A DNA stretch of 63,495 bases, filler included, from an uncultured Thermoplasmatales archaeon (GTDB taxonomy: Archaea > Thermoplasmatota > E2 > DHVEG-1), in NCBI GenBank assembly GCA_964517155.1. It is 5 parts of 5 records of this genome, joined end to end, with 100 filler letters (N's around TTAATTAATTAA, not from the genome) between each part and the next. Parts side by side here need not be neighbours in the genome. Positions count along the whole stretch, not along the records: positions 1 to 24,050 come from CAZFAZ010000072.1; positions 24,151 to 36,866 come from CAZFAZ010000075.1; 3 more parts are not named here. One strand, written 5' to 3'. Shown piece by piece: positions 19,963 to 29,727 of this stretch. The notes below the pieces were generated by a model. It made no database searches. It was not told where the DNA came from and worked only from the letters and a program-made list of their open reading frames with translations. Position 1 is the stretch's first letter, and each line of letters starts with the position of its first letter. A program made the position numbers and the translations under genes.

Positions 19963-22900
19963 TTGTTCTTATTTATAATTATAGTAATGGGGAAGAAAAA
20001 AATAATGCATATCGGCTTATATAAAAACAAGCATATTCTGAGAATAATATTATTGTTATTCATAATCAATTTTACACTAGCCCCAGTTGTTGGAAGCAAT
20101 CTTATAGAATCTTCAACTGTTATATACGTTGATGATAATAAAGATGCAGATTATACCAGCATTCAAGATGCAATTGACAACGCAGATGATGGCGATACAA
20201 TTTATGTTTTTAATGGAACCTATAAAGAACAAATCATAATCGATAAAAAAATTAATTTAATCGGTGAAGATGAAGATTCAACTGTTATTACTGGTGATTT
20301 TAGAAAGTTTTTAGTTTCCATTAATGCAGATGATGTATCGATTTCTAATTTTAATATAATCGGGGAAAAATTTCTTCATGTACTTTCTAGCAGCATCGTT
20401 GTTTCTTCAGATAACATAAAAATTACTAACTGTATTATTAATCATTCAAATATTGGTATTTTAATAAAAGGATCCGATGCAAATATATCGAATAACAAAA
20501 TCTTGTATTGCAATATTGGTTTGTTTTTTGCCTTAAATGTGAATGACAATATTGTTGAATACAATAATATTTCAGATAATTTTTTTGGTATATGGTCATT
20601 TTATAGTATTATTTCCTCAGGAAATATTGCCCGGGAGAACCTTTTTTTAAAAAATAATATTGGAGTAAATCTTGTATTTTTAACGAGAGGTTTTACAGTT
20701 TATCATAATAATTTTGTTGAAAATAATGTTCATGCAAAGGGATCAGGTCAAAACAAATGGAATGATAATTATCCCTCTAGTGGTAACTACTGGGAAGGTT
20801 ACAGTGGAGAAGATTACTATCATGGAATAAATCAAGATAAGCCTGGCAGTGATGGCATAATAGATGATGCTTACAGTCAGGGTCATGTTTTGGATGAGTA
20901 TCCTTTTAAAAACAATTATGGCTGGGAACAGAACAATCCGCCTTTTAAGCCTTATAACCCTATGCCATTTAATGGCAATAGTTCTGTTGATATTATAGTT
21001 TCTCTTTTATGGGACGGAGGAGACCCTGAAGGAGATCTTGTCAATTATGATGTTTATTTTGGAACAAATCCTACATCTTTGTCAAAGGTTTCAGATAATC
21101 AGACTGATTTGAGTTTTACTACTGGTGAGCTTGAATATGAAACTGATTATTTCTGGCAGATAGTTGCTTGGGATGAACATGGTGAGAATATAAAAGGAGA
21201 TGTTTGGAAGTTTACAACAAGACAAGAAGAAAATAATAATCCAGTCGCATTTGATGATTATTTTATTATATCTGAAGATTCTTCTGATAATCAATTCAAT
21301 GTTTTGGAAAATGATACAGATATAGATGGAGATTTGCTTTTAATTGATAATACAGGTAGTGCCTTGCATGGAACTGTAACATTTGATGAAGATTATATTT
21401 ATTACTCTCCAGATGAAAACTATTGTGGTAGCGATAGTTTTGAATACACTGTATCTGACAAAGAAGGTGGTTTTGATACAGCTACTGTTTATGTTACAGT
21501 CGAGTGTATTAATGATGCTCCAGTTGTACAGAACATTCCTAATCAAAATAAACAAGAAGGAGAGGAGTTTTCTTCTTTTGATTTAGATAATTATGTAACT
21601 GATATTGATGACTTAGACAATGAAATTACCTGGACTTATAGCGGCAATTTAGAACTTGATGTTTCAATTGATACAAATCATGTTGTTACAGTCAGCAAAC
21701 CTAATTTAGAGTGGGTTGGAGCGGAAACAATAAGGTTTACTGCAACTGATTCCGGTGGTCTTTTTAGTTTTGATGATGCAACGTTTACATCTTATGATGT
21801 AAATCATGATCCTGTTGCAAATGATGATATAAGATCTGTTTCTGAGGATTCAGATAATAACCTTTTTGATGTTTTAGAAAATGATTATGACCCTGATGGA
21901 GACAGTATAATAATTACTTCAGCAGGTTCTGCCCTGCATGGATCTGTAAGCTTTGATGAAGATTATATTTATTATACTCCAAATGAAAATTACTGCGGAA
22001 GTGATAGTATTTTGTATACTATCTCAGATGGAAACGGCGGGATTGATACTGCAACAATAGCTGTTACAGTTAGTTGTATAAATGATCCACCTGTTGTAAG
22101 TGATATTCCTGATCAGACAATTAACCAAGGAGCTTCTTTTGCAACAATTAATCTAAATAATTATGTTTATGATATCGAAGACTCAGACAGTGAGATTACA
22201 TGGACATATAGTGGGAATAATGATTTGCAAGTATCGATTAGTACAAGCAAAATTGCAACAATCACTCAACCATCTTTAACATGGACAGGTCAGGAGACAA
22301 TAACATTTACTGCTACAGACACAGAAGGTTTGTCTGATTCAGATAATGTACTTTTTAAGATAAATCCTACAAATAATCCCCCTGTCGCAAATAATGATTT
22401 TTATGAAATAAATGAGGATAAAACATTATATATAAATGCTATAGAGGGCGTGCTTTCTAATGATTCCGATGCAGATAGTGATCTGTTAACTTGTTTGTTA
22501 GATGATGATGTTTCAGATGGAACGCTAAATCTATATGCTAATGGTTCGTTTAGATATATTCCTTTGAGTAATTTTAATGGGGAAGATAGTTTTAGATACA
22601 AAGTATCAGATGGAAAAGGTGGATTTGATACCGCAGTTGTTAAAATAAAAGTTTTTGCTGTAAATGATGCACCTGAAGTACCATACAGTCCAAACCCTGC
22701 GAATAACTTGGGTTCTGTTAGTTTATCTAAAACTCTTAGCTGGAGTTGTTCTGATCCTGATGGTGATACAATTACATATTCTATCTATTTTGGTAAAACT
22801 TCTTCAAACATTGATTTTAAAAAGAATCAGACGAGCAAGACCTATAACCCAGGCTTGCTTGATAAAAACACAAATTATTACTGGAAGATTATAGCTAAAG

Positions 22901-23958
22901 ACCCAGAGGGTCTTATAACAGAAGGACCTATTTGGAATTTTAAAACAACTAGTGATACTTCCACGGGTGATGATGACGATGATGAGAATACAACTGAAAA
23001 CGAGACATATTATTCGCCTACAGCAGTAATTTCTGGGCCTTTTAGTGGAGAGCCGAATGTAAAAGTTTTTTTTGATGGATCAAAAAGTCATGATAATGAC
23101 GAGGGGAAAAAATCGATTGTAAGATATGATTGGAAGTTTTTTGAAAATGATACTTGGCATGAGAATCTTGGGGATAAGCCGACCTATAGTTATGAGGCTA
23201 TTGGGAAATACAAAGTATCTTTAAGAGTAACTGATGATGAAGATGAACAGGCTACAACTACCATTACAATAAAAATACAAGAAAAAAATGACCCTCCTAC
23301 AAAACCTACCATTACTGCGGGTAAAGAAGCAAAACTTAGTGAAAACTATGCGATTTTAGTTGAATCGTATGATCCTGATGGAGATTCTATACGTTTTACA
23401 ATAAAATGGGGTGACGGATGGATAGATTATTCAGATTTTACAAATGATAGTTTTTATACAGGTTTTCATAAATATAATCAGAGGGGTGTTTATATCATAA
23501 CAGTTCAAGCAGATGATGGTGATCTTAAGTCCGATGAAAGTTCTGTTTTAGTATTTTTAGAAGTAAATGTGCTAGAGATTGATGATTTGATAAAAGGTTA
23601 TTTTGTTGATAAAGATGATGATAATTATTATGATTCTTTTTTTAACCTTAGAACAAGAGAAGACGATGAAATAGAGAGGCATACCTATTATTACTGGGTT
23701 AATAGTGATCCTGATAAAGAATGGGATTATATTTATGATAGTAAAGAAAAAACTGTTTATGAATGGACTCAGGAGTTAGCAAACACTACACTTGCTACTG
23801 AAGAAAATCAAGGAGACGGTTTCTTAGATGGTGTTGCAGAATTAATTGGACAGAGTAATTTAAAGTTTTTACCAATAATACTTATCGGCGCAATAATTAT
23901 TATTGCAGAAACAATATTTGTAACAGTTATTAGGAAAAAAGGATTTTTCAAAAATTAA
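19963..23958 (+). CDS. Large cell-surface protein: NosD/CASH beta-helix, tandem Ig/cadherin-like repeats, PKD domain, C-terminal TM anchor
   Basis: YTSIQDAIDNA..GDTIYV..GTY and GNYW; NxxPVAxDD repeats with a 570-nt internal duplication (21385 vs 21955); FDGSKS.D PKD; exact start uncertain. Confidence 0.88.
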   Translation: MFLFIIIVMGKKKIMHIGLYKNKHILRIILLLFIINFTLAPVVGSNLIESSTVIYVDDNKDADYTSIQDAIDNADDGDTIYVFNGTYKEQIIIDKKINLIGEDEDSTVITGDFRKFLVSINADDVSISNFNIIGEKFLHVLSSSIVVSSDNIKITNCIINHSNIGILIKGSDANISNNKILYCNIGLFFALNVNDNIVEYNNISDNFFGIWSFYSIISSGNIARENLFLKNNIGVNLVFLTRGFTVYHNNFVENNVHAKGSGQNKWNDNYPSSGNYWEGYSGEDYYHGINQDKPGSDGIIDDAYSQGHVLDEYPFKNNYGWEQNNPPFKPYNPMPFNGNSSVDIIVSLLWDGGDPEGDLVNYDVYFGTNPTSLSKVSDNQTDLSFTTGELEYETDYFWQIVAWDEHGENIKGDVWKFTTRQEENNNPVAFDDYFIISEDSSDNQFNVLENDTDIDGDLLLIDNTGSALHGTVTFDEDYIYYSPDENYCGSDSFEYTVSDKEGGFDTATVYVTVECINDAPVVQNIPNQNKQEGEEFSSFDLDNYVTDIDDLDNEITWTYSGNLELDVSIDTNHVVTVSKPNLEWVGAETIRFTATDSGGLFSFDDATFTSYDVNHDPVANDDIRSVSEDSDNNLFDVLENDYDPDGDSIIITSAGSALHGSVSFDEDYIYYTPNENYCGSDSILYTISDGNGGIDTATIAVTVSCINDPPVVSDIPDQTINQGASFATINLNNYVYDIEDSDSEITWTYSGNNDLQVSISTSKIATITQPSLTWTGQETITFTATDTEGLSDSDNVLFKINPTNNPPVANNDFYEINEDKTLYINAIEGVLSNDSDADSDLLTCLLDDDVSDGTLNLYANGSFRYIPLSNFNGEDSFRYKVSDGKGGFDTAVVKIKVFAVNDAPEVPYSPNPANNLGSVSLSKTLSWSCSDPDGDTITYSIYFGKTSSNIDFKKNQTSKTYNPGLLDKNTNYYWKIIAKDPEGLITEGPIWNFKTTSDTSTGDDDDDENTTENETYYSPTAVISGPFSGEPNVKVFFDGSKSHDNDEGKKSIVRYDWKFFENDTWHENLGDKPTYSYEAIGKYKVSLRVTDDEDEQATTTITIKIQEKNDPPTKPTITAGKEAKLSENYAILVESYDPDGDSIRFTIKWGDGWIDYSDFTNDSFYTGFHKYNQRGVYIITVQADDGDLKSDESSVLVFLEVNVLEIDDLIKGYFVDKDDDNYYDSFFNLRTREDDEIERHTYYYWVNSDPDKEWDYIYDSKEKTVYEWTQELANTTLATEENQGDGFLDGVAELIGQSNLKFLPIILIGAIIIIAETIFVTVIRKKGFFKN

Positions 23959-24050
23959 GCATTTCTTCTGTTTTTATATATTGTAGTTTGATTGTTATAA
24001 AAAGCAGTTATTCCGATATAAAATATGATGATTCCAAGTATAAGTAATGT

Positions 24051-24150
24051 NNNNNNNNNNNNNNNNNNNNNNNNNNNNNNNNNNNNNNNNNNNNTTAATT
24101 AATTAANNNNNNNNNNNNNNNNNNNNNNNNNNNNNNNNNNNNNNNNNNNN
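24051..24150. other. Artificial contig linker (N run with TTAATTAATTAA)
   Basis: Identical 100-nt spacer occurs four times in the window. Confidence 0.97.
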
Positions 24151-24417
24151 AATTTCTAAAAAATTATTGTAATAAAAGACCTCTTCTCCTTTAAAGACAC
24201 CTATCTTTGTTTTTTTATTTTTTCCTTTACCAATTTTAAAACAAATAGCACCGTTACCACGTGTTTTCCAAGGGATATTTGGGTTAAGTCTAACTAATCT
24301 TGGAAAGCTAACAAGATCAAACCCTTTTTCAGATAATCTTTTTATAAGTACACAAGCAGTATAGGTTGTACAACCTCCATTGCGTGAATCAGTATCATCA
24401 ATACCTATCCAAATAAT
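24151..24417 (-). CDS. tiaS: tRNA(Ile2) 2-agmatinylcytidine synthetase, N-terminal part (cut by contig end)
   Basis: IGIDDTDS..GGCTTY and RLVRLNPNIPWKTRGNGA. Confidence 0.92.
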
Positions 24418-24470
24418 TTTTCCGCTCCCGATATTATTATATATAGTAAGTTTGTATTGTTTTATATACA

Positions 24471-25430
24471 ATGCAACGTGAAGAGATTATAACTCAGGTC
24501 AGAGAAACCCTCACTAATGCAGGGTTTTATGTATCTGAACTATATTCAATGCGACAGGTAGGATTTGACTTAGTTGCAAGAAGGGATAATTCACTACTTA
24601 TAATTAAAGTTTTAACAAATATTGATGCTATGACTCAGGATGTTGCAAGTGAACTCAGAACCCTTTCCATATTGCTTAAAGCATGTCCTCTTTTAATAGG
24701 TGAAAAAACAGGTTTTAGAACGCTGGAGCATGATGTAGTATATGATAGATGTGGGATACAAGCAATAACATATGATACGCTTAAAAACCATTTACTTGAA
24801 GGGATTCCCCTTGAAGTATATGCTGCACCTGGCGGACTTTGTGTTAATCTAGATAAAGAGAAAATAAAGTCATTAAGAAGAGAGCAGAATCTTTCACTTG
24901 GTTCATTTGCAAGGGAATTAAGAGTATCTCGTAGAACAATACAGATGTATGAAGAAGGAATGAATGCTACAATAGAGGTAGCAATTAGGATAGAGGATGT
25001 ATTAGGGGAAAATATAACTGTTCCGATTGACATTTTGAAAAACACGGAACAAACTAAGGATTTAAAAACGCTAATTAACAGACGAGAAACGATAGATGAG
25101 TTCCAACGTGAAATATTTGCAATGCTTGAAAAAATAGGTTATAGAGTTATACCTATGGGAAAAGCGCCTTTTGAAGCGGTGAGTCAAGAAAAAAAGAAAA
25201 TACTTCTTACATGTGTTGATAGATATGATGAAAAACTTCTAAAAAAAGCAAGAATTGTCAGTAGTATTTCAAATATAACAGAGAAACATGCTGTGATTAT
25301 ACCTGATAAAGATGTTTCAAAGAAAAATATTGGTGGAACTCCCCTGATTGTTAAAAAGGAGCTTAAAAAGGCTCGTGGACCTGAAGAAATACTTGAATTA
25401 ATACTTGAAAGACTATATAATAAAGGCTAA
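24471..25430 (+). CDS. Conserved archaeal HTH (Cro/C1-type) transcriptional regulator, COG1395-like
   Basis: FDLVARR..LLIIKVLTNID, YAAPGG, LSLGSFARELRVSRRTI..YE; divergent from tiaS. Confidence 0.88.
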   Translation: MQREEIITQVRETLTNAGFYVSELYSMRQVGFDLVARRDNSLLIIKVLTNIDAMTQDVASELRTLSILLKACPLLIGEKTGFRTLEHDVVYDRCGIQAITYDTLKNHLLEGIPLEVYAAPGGLCVNLDKEKIKSLRREQNLSLGSFARELRVSRRTIQMYEEGMNATIEVAIRIEDVLGENITVPIDILKNTEQTKDLKTLINRRETIDEFQREIFAMLEKIGYRVIPMGKAPFEAVSQEKKKILLTCVDRYDEKLLKKARIVSSISNITEKHAVIIPDKDVSKKNIGGTPLIVKKELKKARGPEEILELILERLYNKG

Positions 25431-25541
25431 TAACTAATTATTTAACCAAACTTTTATAAATAAGATTGTTATTCCCGAAGACTACATTTTTCCATTTTAT
25501 TGGAGAAAATGTGCATATAAATAAACACTCGATGATGATCT

Positions 25542-26186
25542 ATGACTGCGAAAAAAACAATTGATATTGTAGAGAAGGCTTTAGAGGAATCTAAAAAGCT
25601 TGATCGTAAATTCAAACAAAATATTGATCTAGTTTTTAATTTAAAAAATATTGATATGAATCTTCCAAAGAATCGTGTTGATCAAGAAATTGTTTTACCA
25701 CATGGTCGTGGTAAAGATGCTAAAGTTGCTATTTTTGCTAGTGGTGAACTTGCAATTAAATCAAAACAACACGTTGATCTTCTTATAAAACCTGAAGAAA
25801 TAGGAGATCTTTCAGATAATAAGAAAAAATTCAAAAAAATTGCTGATGAACATGATTTCTTTATAGCAGAGGCACCATTGATGCCAACAATTGGTAAAAG
25901 CCTTGGTACCGTACTTGGTCCAAGGGGTAAAATGCCAAAACCAGTTCCGCCAAATGCAGATGTATCAAGCATGGTAAATAACCTTCGTAAAACTGTAAAA
26001 GTCCGCTCAAAGAGCACTAAAACATTTCATACAATCGCAGGTAGTGAAGATATGCCAAAGGAGCATCTTGCAGAAAACATTGATACTATTGTAAAGCGTG
26101 TTGAAGCAGTTCTTGAACGTGGCAGAATGAACATTGGATCAGTTTATATTAAGACGACTATGGGTCCATCTGAGAGGTTAATTTAA
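25542..26186 (+). CDS. rpl1: 50S ribosomal protein uL1
   Basis: LPHGRG, LGPRGKMP and KTTMGP motifs. Confidence 0.97.
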   Translation: MTAKKTIDIVEKALEESKKLDRKFKQNIDLVFNLKNIDMNLPKNRVDQEIVLPHGRGKDAKVAIFASGELAIKSKQHVDLLIKPEEIGDLSDNKKKFKKIADEHDFFIAEAPLMPTIGKSLGTVLGPRGKMPKPVPPNADVSSMVNNLRKTVKVRSKSTKTFHTIAGSEDMPKEHLAENIDTIVKRVEAVLERGRMNIGSVYIKTTMGPSERLI

Positions 26187-26201
26187 GGGAGGCTTAGTTT
26201 T

Positions 26202-27053
26202 ATGACTGCACATGTTGCTGAATGGAAGTTTGATGAAGTAAAACAGATTACAGATATTATCACAAAAAATAAGGTAGTAGGAATAGTAGATGTAGGTGGC
26301 ATTCCTGCGCCTCAGATGCAACAAATGAGAAAGAGTCTGCAGGGTGTTGCAACTATTCGCTCTGCAAAAAATAATCTTTTACATCTTGCTTTTGATGAAG
26401 CTGAAAAAGAAATAAAAGGAATATCGAGTTTAAAAGAATTAATATCTGGACAGGCTGCAGTAATTGCAACTGATATGAATCCGTTTAAACTTTTTGCAAA
26501 AATCAAAGAATCACGAACAAATGCTCCAGCTAAAGGTGGAGAGAAAGTAAATCATGATATAGAGGTAAAAGCAGGAGATACGCCTTTTAAACCAGGGCCA
26601 ATTGTAGGAGAATTACAAAAAGTAGGTATACCTGCAGCAATACAAGAAGGAAAAGTAGTAATAAAATCAGATAAAGTGGTAGTTTTAGCAGGAGAAAAAA
26701 TAAAACCTGATGTCGCACAGATGCTCACTCGTCTTGAGATATTCCCAATAGAAATAGGCATGGGTTTAAATGGTGTGTTTGAAGATGGAACTGTGTTCAA
26801 ACCAGAAGTACTTGATATAAACATTGATGAATTTGTAGTAAAAATGAGTCAAGCATCAGGAAATGCTCTCATTTTGGCGTTAGAATTAGGATGGGTGAAC
26901 AAGCAAACAATTCAACCACTTATTATGAAGGCTTACAACAATGCATTTGTTCTAGCAGTAGAAAAAGGCATTGTTAATAAAGAAACAGTTAAAAATCTAA
27001 TTTCTAAAGCAAACAGTCAAATGCTTGCTTTAAAGAATAAAACAAGTAGTTAA
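26202..27053 (+). CDS. rplP0: 50S ribosomal protein uL10 (P0), lacking the acidic C-terminal tail
   Basis: MTAHVAEWK, GDTPFKPGP, three P1-binding helices, then stop. Confidence 0.95.
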   Translation: MTAHVAEWKFDEVKQITDIITKNKVVGIVDVGGIPAPQMQQMRKSLQGVATIRSAKNNLLHLAFDEAEKEIKGISSLKELISGQAAVIATDMNPFKLFAKIKESRTNAPAKGGEKVNHDIEVKAGDTPFKPGPIVGELQKVGIPAAIQEGKVVIKSDKVVVLAGEKIKPDVAQMLTRLEIFPIEIGMGLNGVFEDGTVFKPEVLDINIDEFVVKMSQASGNALILALELGWVNKQTIQPLIMKAYNNAFVLAVEKGIVNKETVKNLISKANSQMLALKNKTSS

Positions 27054-27068
27054 GGAGGAAAAAAGAAA

Positions 27069-27383
27069 ATGGAATACATATATAGCGCAATGCTTCTTCA
27101 CTCCGCAGGAAAAGAGATCAACGAAGCAAACGTAAAAAAGGTACTAGATGCAGCTGGTGTAAAAGCAGATGCTGGTAGAATAAAAGCACTCACTGCAAGT
27201 TTAGATGGCGTAAACATTGAAGAAACAATTAAAAACGCAGCAGTACCTGTTGCAGCAGCGCCCGTCGCAGCACCTGTAGAAAAAGCTTCCGGAGATAAAA
27301 AAGAAGAGAAAAAGAAAGAAGAGAAAAAAGAAGAAGTATCTGAAGAAGAAGCAGCAGCAGGACTTGGCGCATTATTCGGATAA
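27069..27383 (+). CDS. rpl12: Ribosomal stalk protein P1 (L12)
   Basis: [11 protein letters not shown]...[13 protein letters not shown]. Confidence 0.98.
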   Translation: MEYIYSAMLLHSAGKEINEANVKKVLDAAGVKADAGRIKALTASLDGVNIEETIKNAAVPVAAAPVAAPVEKASGDKKEEKKKEEKKEEVSEEEAAAGLGALFG

Positions 27384-27395
27384 ACAATTATATCT

Positions 27396-27470
27396 TTGTT
27401 GTTTCAGCAGAGATGGCAATGAGTCTGTAAAAGGATTTTTTGCTTTATTTTGTTCTCTGTTGAACTACAA
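27396..27470 (+). other. Long imperfect hairpin just downstream of rpl12
   Basis: TTCAGCAGAGA/TCTCTGTTGAA outer stem plus inner GCAATGAGTCT/GGATTTTTTGC stem, then T-runs. Confidence 0.55.
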
Positions 27471-27522
27471 TGATTACTTTTTTTTGTACAGTTTTTAATT
27501 TATTCATCTTAGATTTTAGTAG

Positions 27523-27635
27523 TTATAAAAGTGGGGGACGGGATGCATTGATAGGAGGAATGCGCCTCTAAGCGGAAAGCAGGTACAGTATACCTCCCCA
27601 ATTATTATGTTATTAACCTAGTCCCCCATTTATAA
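27523..27635 (+). ncRNA. Candidate rod-like structured RNA
   Basis: GTGGGGGAC/GTCCCCCAT closing stem with nested ATTG/CAAT, GGAGG/CCTCC, ATGC/GTAT and GCCT/AGGT. Confidence 0.45.
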
Positions 27636-27699
27636 ATAAAATCATCAGATAAATAGTTTACTGTGATTTTTTTCTTCTGTAGCGCTCCTTATAAAAAAT

Positions 27700-29619
27700 T
27701 TAGTTTAAAGGGCATCCTCCAACCATAAGACTTGGATCGCCGAGAAGTATATATTGCTCTATAGTAAAATAATCTGTAAATCTATTTTGTATATAGTCTA
27801 TCTGAGCATTTGTAAGCATTTCACCAAGTCTGACGCCCTCGTAATAGTTTTTGAAAAACATCCAGTCTAAGTAGCCTGCACCAGCATGAACTCCTTCTGT
27901 GTCAACAAGTGAATATGCTGGTCTTGTAGCACCTATAGTTGCGATAGCACCACCGTTTTCTTGTGTCATAAAACACCATGCAAAACATGGTAAATGGTTA
28001 TTTTTATTAGGTTCAACACCCATTAAATTAATTATTTTATTTACAACTGGATAATAATCTGCTAAATCACCAATCCAAAAATCAAGTTTTGCAGTAAGGC
28101 ATGCATCAAAAAATATTATAGGTAATTTTTCTTTGTTATTTAAAAACTGTAGAAAAGGAGTATAATATAAAGGATTGGTAAACCCCATTTTTCCCCTTAA
28201 TGCATTTGGTTTATATGTCCCCCAGCCATGTTCAAAACCATGACCTGCATATGTTAAAAAACCTGCGCCTTTATTTATGGCTCTGTTAAAAGTAAAGGCA
28301 TTTAGGTTTCTTTTTGAAGCCCAAAGTTTTACATGCTCAAAATCAGGTAGCTCTTCTGCAACCTGGCTGTTTGTGATTTCACCTTCGAAAACATTTAAAT
28401 CAGATCCTTTTCCAGGTGGAAATGTATCTCCACCTGCAAGAATAATTCTTTTGAACCATTCTTTTGCATATGTTTGTGTTTCATAGTCGATAATTCTTTT
28501 AACTAAAAGGTCAACTTCATCGATATTTCTACATGCAAGACGGCCGACGTGTACATCTGGGTATAGGTCTACTTCGTCAATAATTTCAACTTTTATGTTG
28601 TTCCAGGACCAATTATATTTTATTTGACCAAAAACATCATCTTGGTTTGTATCCCAACTAGAAAATTCATAGTCTGAATTGTAAATATCTGCGTAGTATA
28701 AATCGGAAAGGATTCCTTCTCCATGATAGTTTCCCCAGGGATATGCATCGGTTTGTCTAATGGGTAGAAGCCTCATTTCTCCTACTAAAAGTACATATTT
28801 TGTACCCCATTCTTCAATTGCGTCTTTAATGAAATATTTTATCTGCTCTGTTTTATCTCTACCGGGAAATGCCTTGTATATTTCTTCTAAAGTAGTAATG
28901 TTTGCTTTAAGGCCATATGAGTTTTTATGATTAACAAGGCTTGTAAGATTGTCTTTAAAGATATCTGGGGAAATGATTACAAAATCATATATGTCAGGAT
29001 CGGCAAATTCTATACAGGATTCTTCATACGTTATCTCAAAAATTGCTTTTGTAATATACTCAAGTATACCTGTGTCTTTATTATATCTTGCAGGGTAGAT
29101 ATTCAAGGTTAAGAAAAACGTCTGGTTTCCTTGTTTATTCAAACCCGCATTTTTTTCTATACTGTACCAATTCTCTGGGAAAAAAGAGTTATTGTTCTCT
29201 GATACAGTGTTTTTGATGTTTGTATAAACGTTGTTTTTTTCATAAATATTATTTCTAAACAAAGGAATGTTTTTCAAATTAAGGGATAAATTAATGGTTT
29301 GTATCTCTGAATGTGAAAAATTTATATCAATTATGTTTGTATCCCAAAATAATTCGTATGTTTTTCTAAAAACAGGCATATTTGTTGAACCTTGTAGAAA
29401 TGTGAGAGAGTTTGCTTCTGGCACTTCAACGTTTATATATTCTTGAGTTTTTGTGATATTTGGTTTTGAAAAATTTTGTTCGAAATATATCAAATTAGAA
29501 TTTTTTTCTAATTTGAAATCATCGTTTTTAAATGCTGATGCCGAACCAAAAATAGTTGTTAATAAAGCGGTTATAATTATTATGCTTAATATCTTGTTTT
29601 TTTTATTTGTTTTGTTCAT
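27700..29619 (-). CDS. Secreted C25 family cysteine peptidase (gingipain-like) with propeptide
   Basis: Signal peptide; YVLLVG, SDLYYAD, VGRL, AGHG (His), DAC (Cys), LLGDP. Confidence 0.92.
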   Translation of the reverse strand: MNKTNKKNKILSIIIITALLTTIFGSASAFKNDDFKLEKNSNLIYFEQNFSKPNITKTQEYINVEVPEANSLTFLQGSTNMPVFRKTYELFWDTNIIDINFSHSEIQTINLSLNLKNIPLFRNNIYEKNNVYTNIKNTVSENNNSFFPENWYSIEKNAGLNKQGNQTFFLTLNIYPARYNKDTGILEYITKAIFEITYEESCIEFADPDIYDFVIISPDIFKDNLTSLVNHKNSYGLKANITTLEEIYKAFPGRDKTEQIKYFIKDAIEEWGTKYVLLVGEMRLLPIRQTDAYPWGNYHGEGILSDLYYADIYNSDYEFSSWDTNQDDVFGQIKYNWSWNNIKVEIIDEVDLYPDVHVGRLACRNIDEVDLLVKRIIDYETQTYAKEWFKRIILAGGDTFPPGKGSDLNVFEGEITNSQVAEELPDFEHVKLWASKRNLNAFTFNRAINKGAGFLTYAGHGFEHGWGTYKPNALRGKMGFTNPLYYTPFLQFLNNKEKLPIIFFDACLTAKLDFWIGDLADYYPVVNKIINLMGVEPNKNNHLPCFAWCFMTQENGGAIATIGATRPAYSLVDTEGVHAGAGYLDWMFFKNYYEGVRLGEMLTNAQIDYIQNRFTDYFTIEQYILLGDPSLMVGGCPLN

Positions 29620-29727
29620 TTTTTTCTCCCCTTTAAATATATGTTATTAACAGGCGTTAATACATGTCAACTTAAAAGACTTTATAATATTTTTGTTTAT
29701 ATATTTTTATAAATCAAAAATATTTTT

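Noticed and set aside
24095..24106. Palindromic TTAATTAATTAA recurring four times
   Set aside because: Always centred in N runs: an all-frame-stop assembly linker. tiaS does not continue across the gap, so cross-gap adjacency was not interpreted
27531..27629. Resemblance to small SRP (4.5S) RNA
   Set aside because: Lacks the CAGG-stem-GNRA-stem-AGCA helix 8 architecture, and archaeal SRP RNA is much longer
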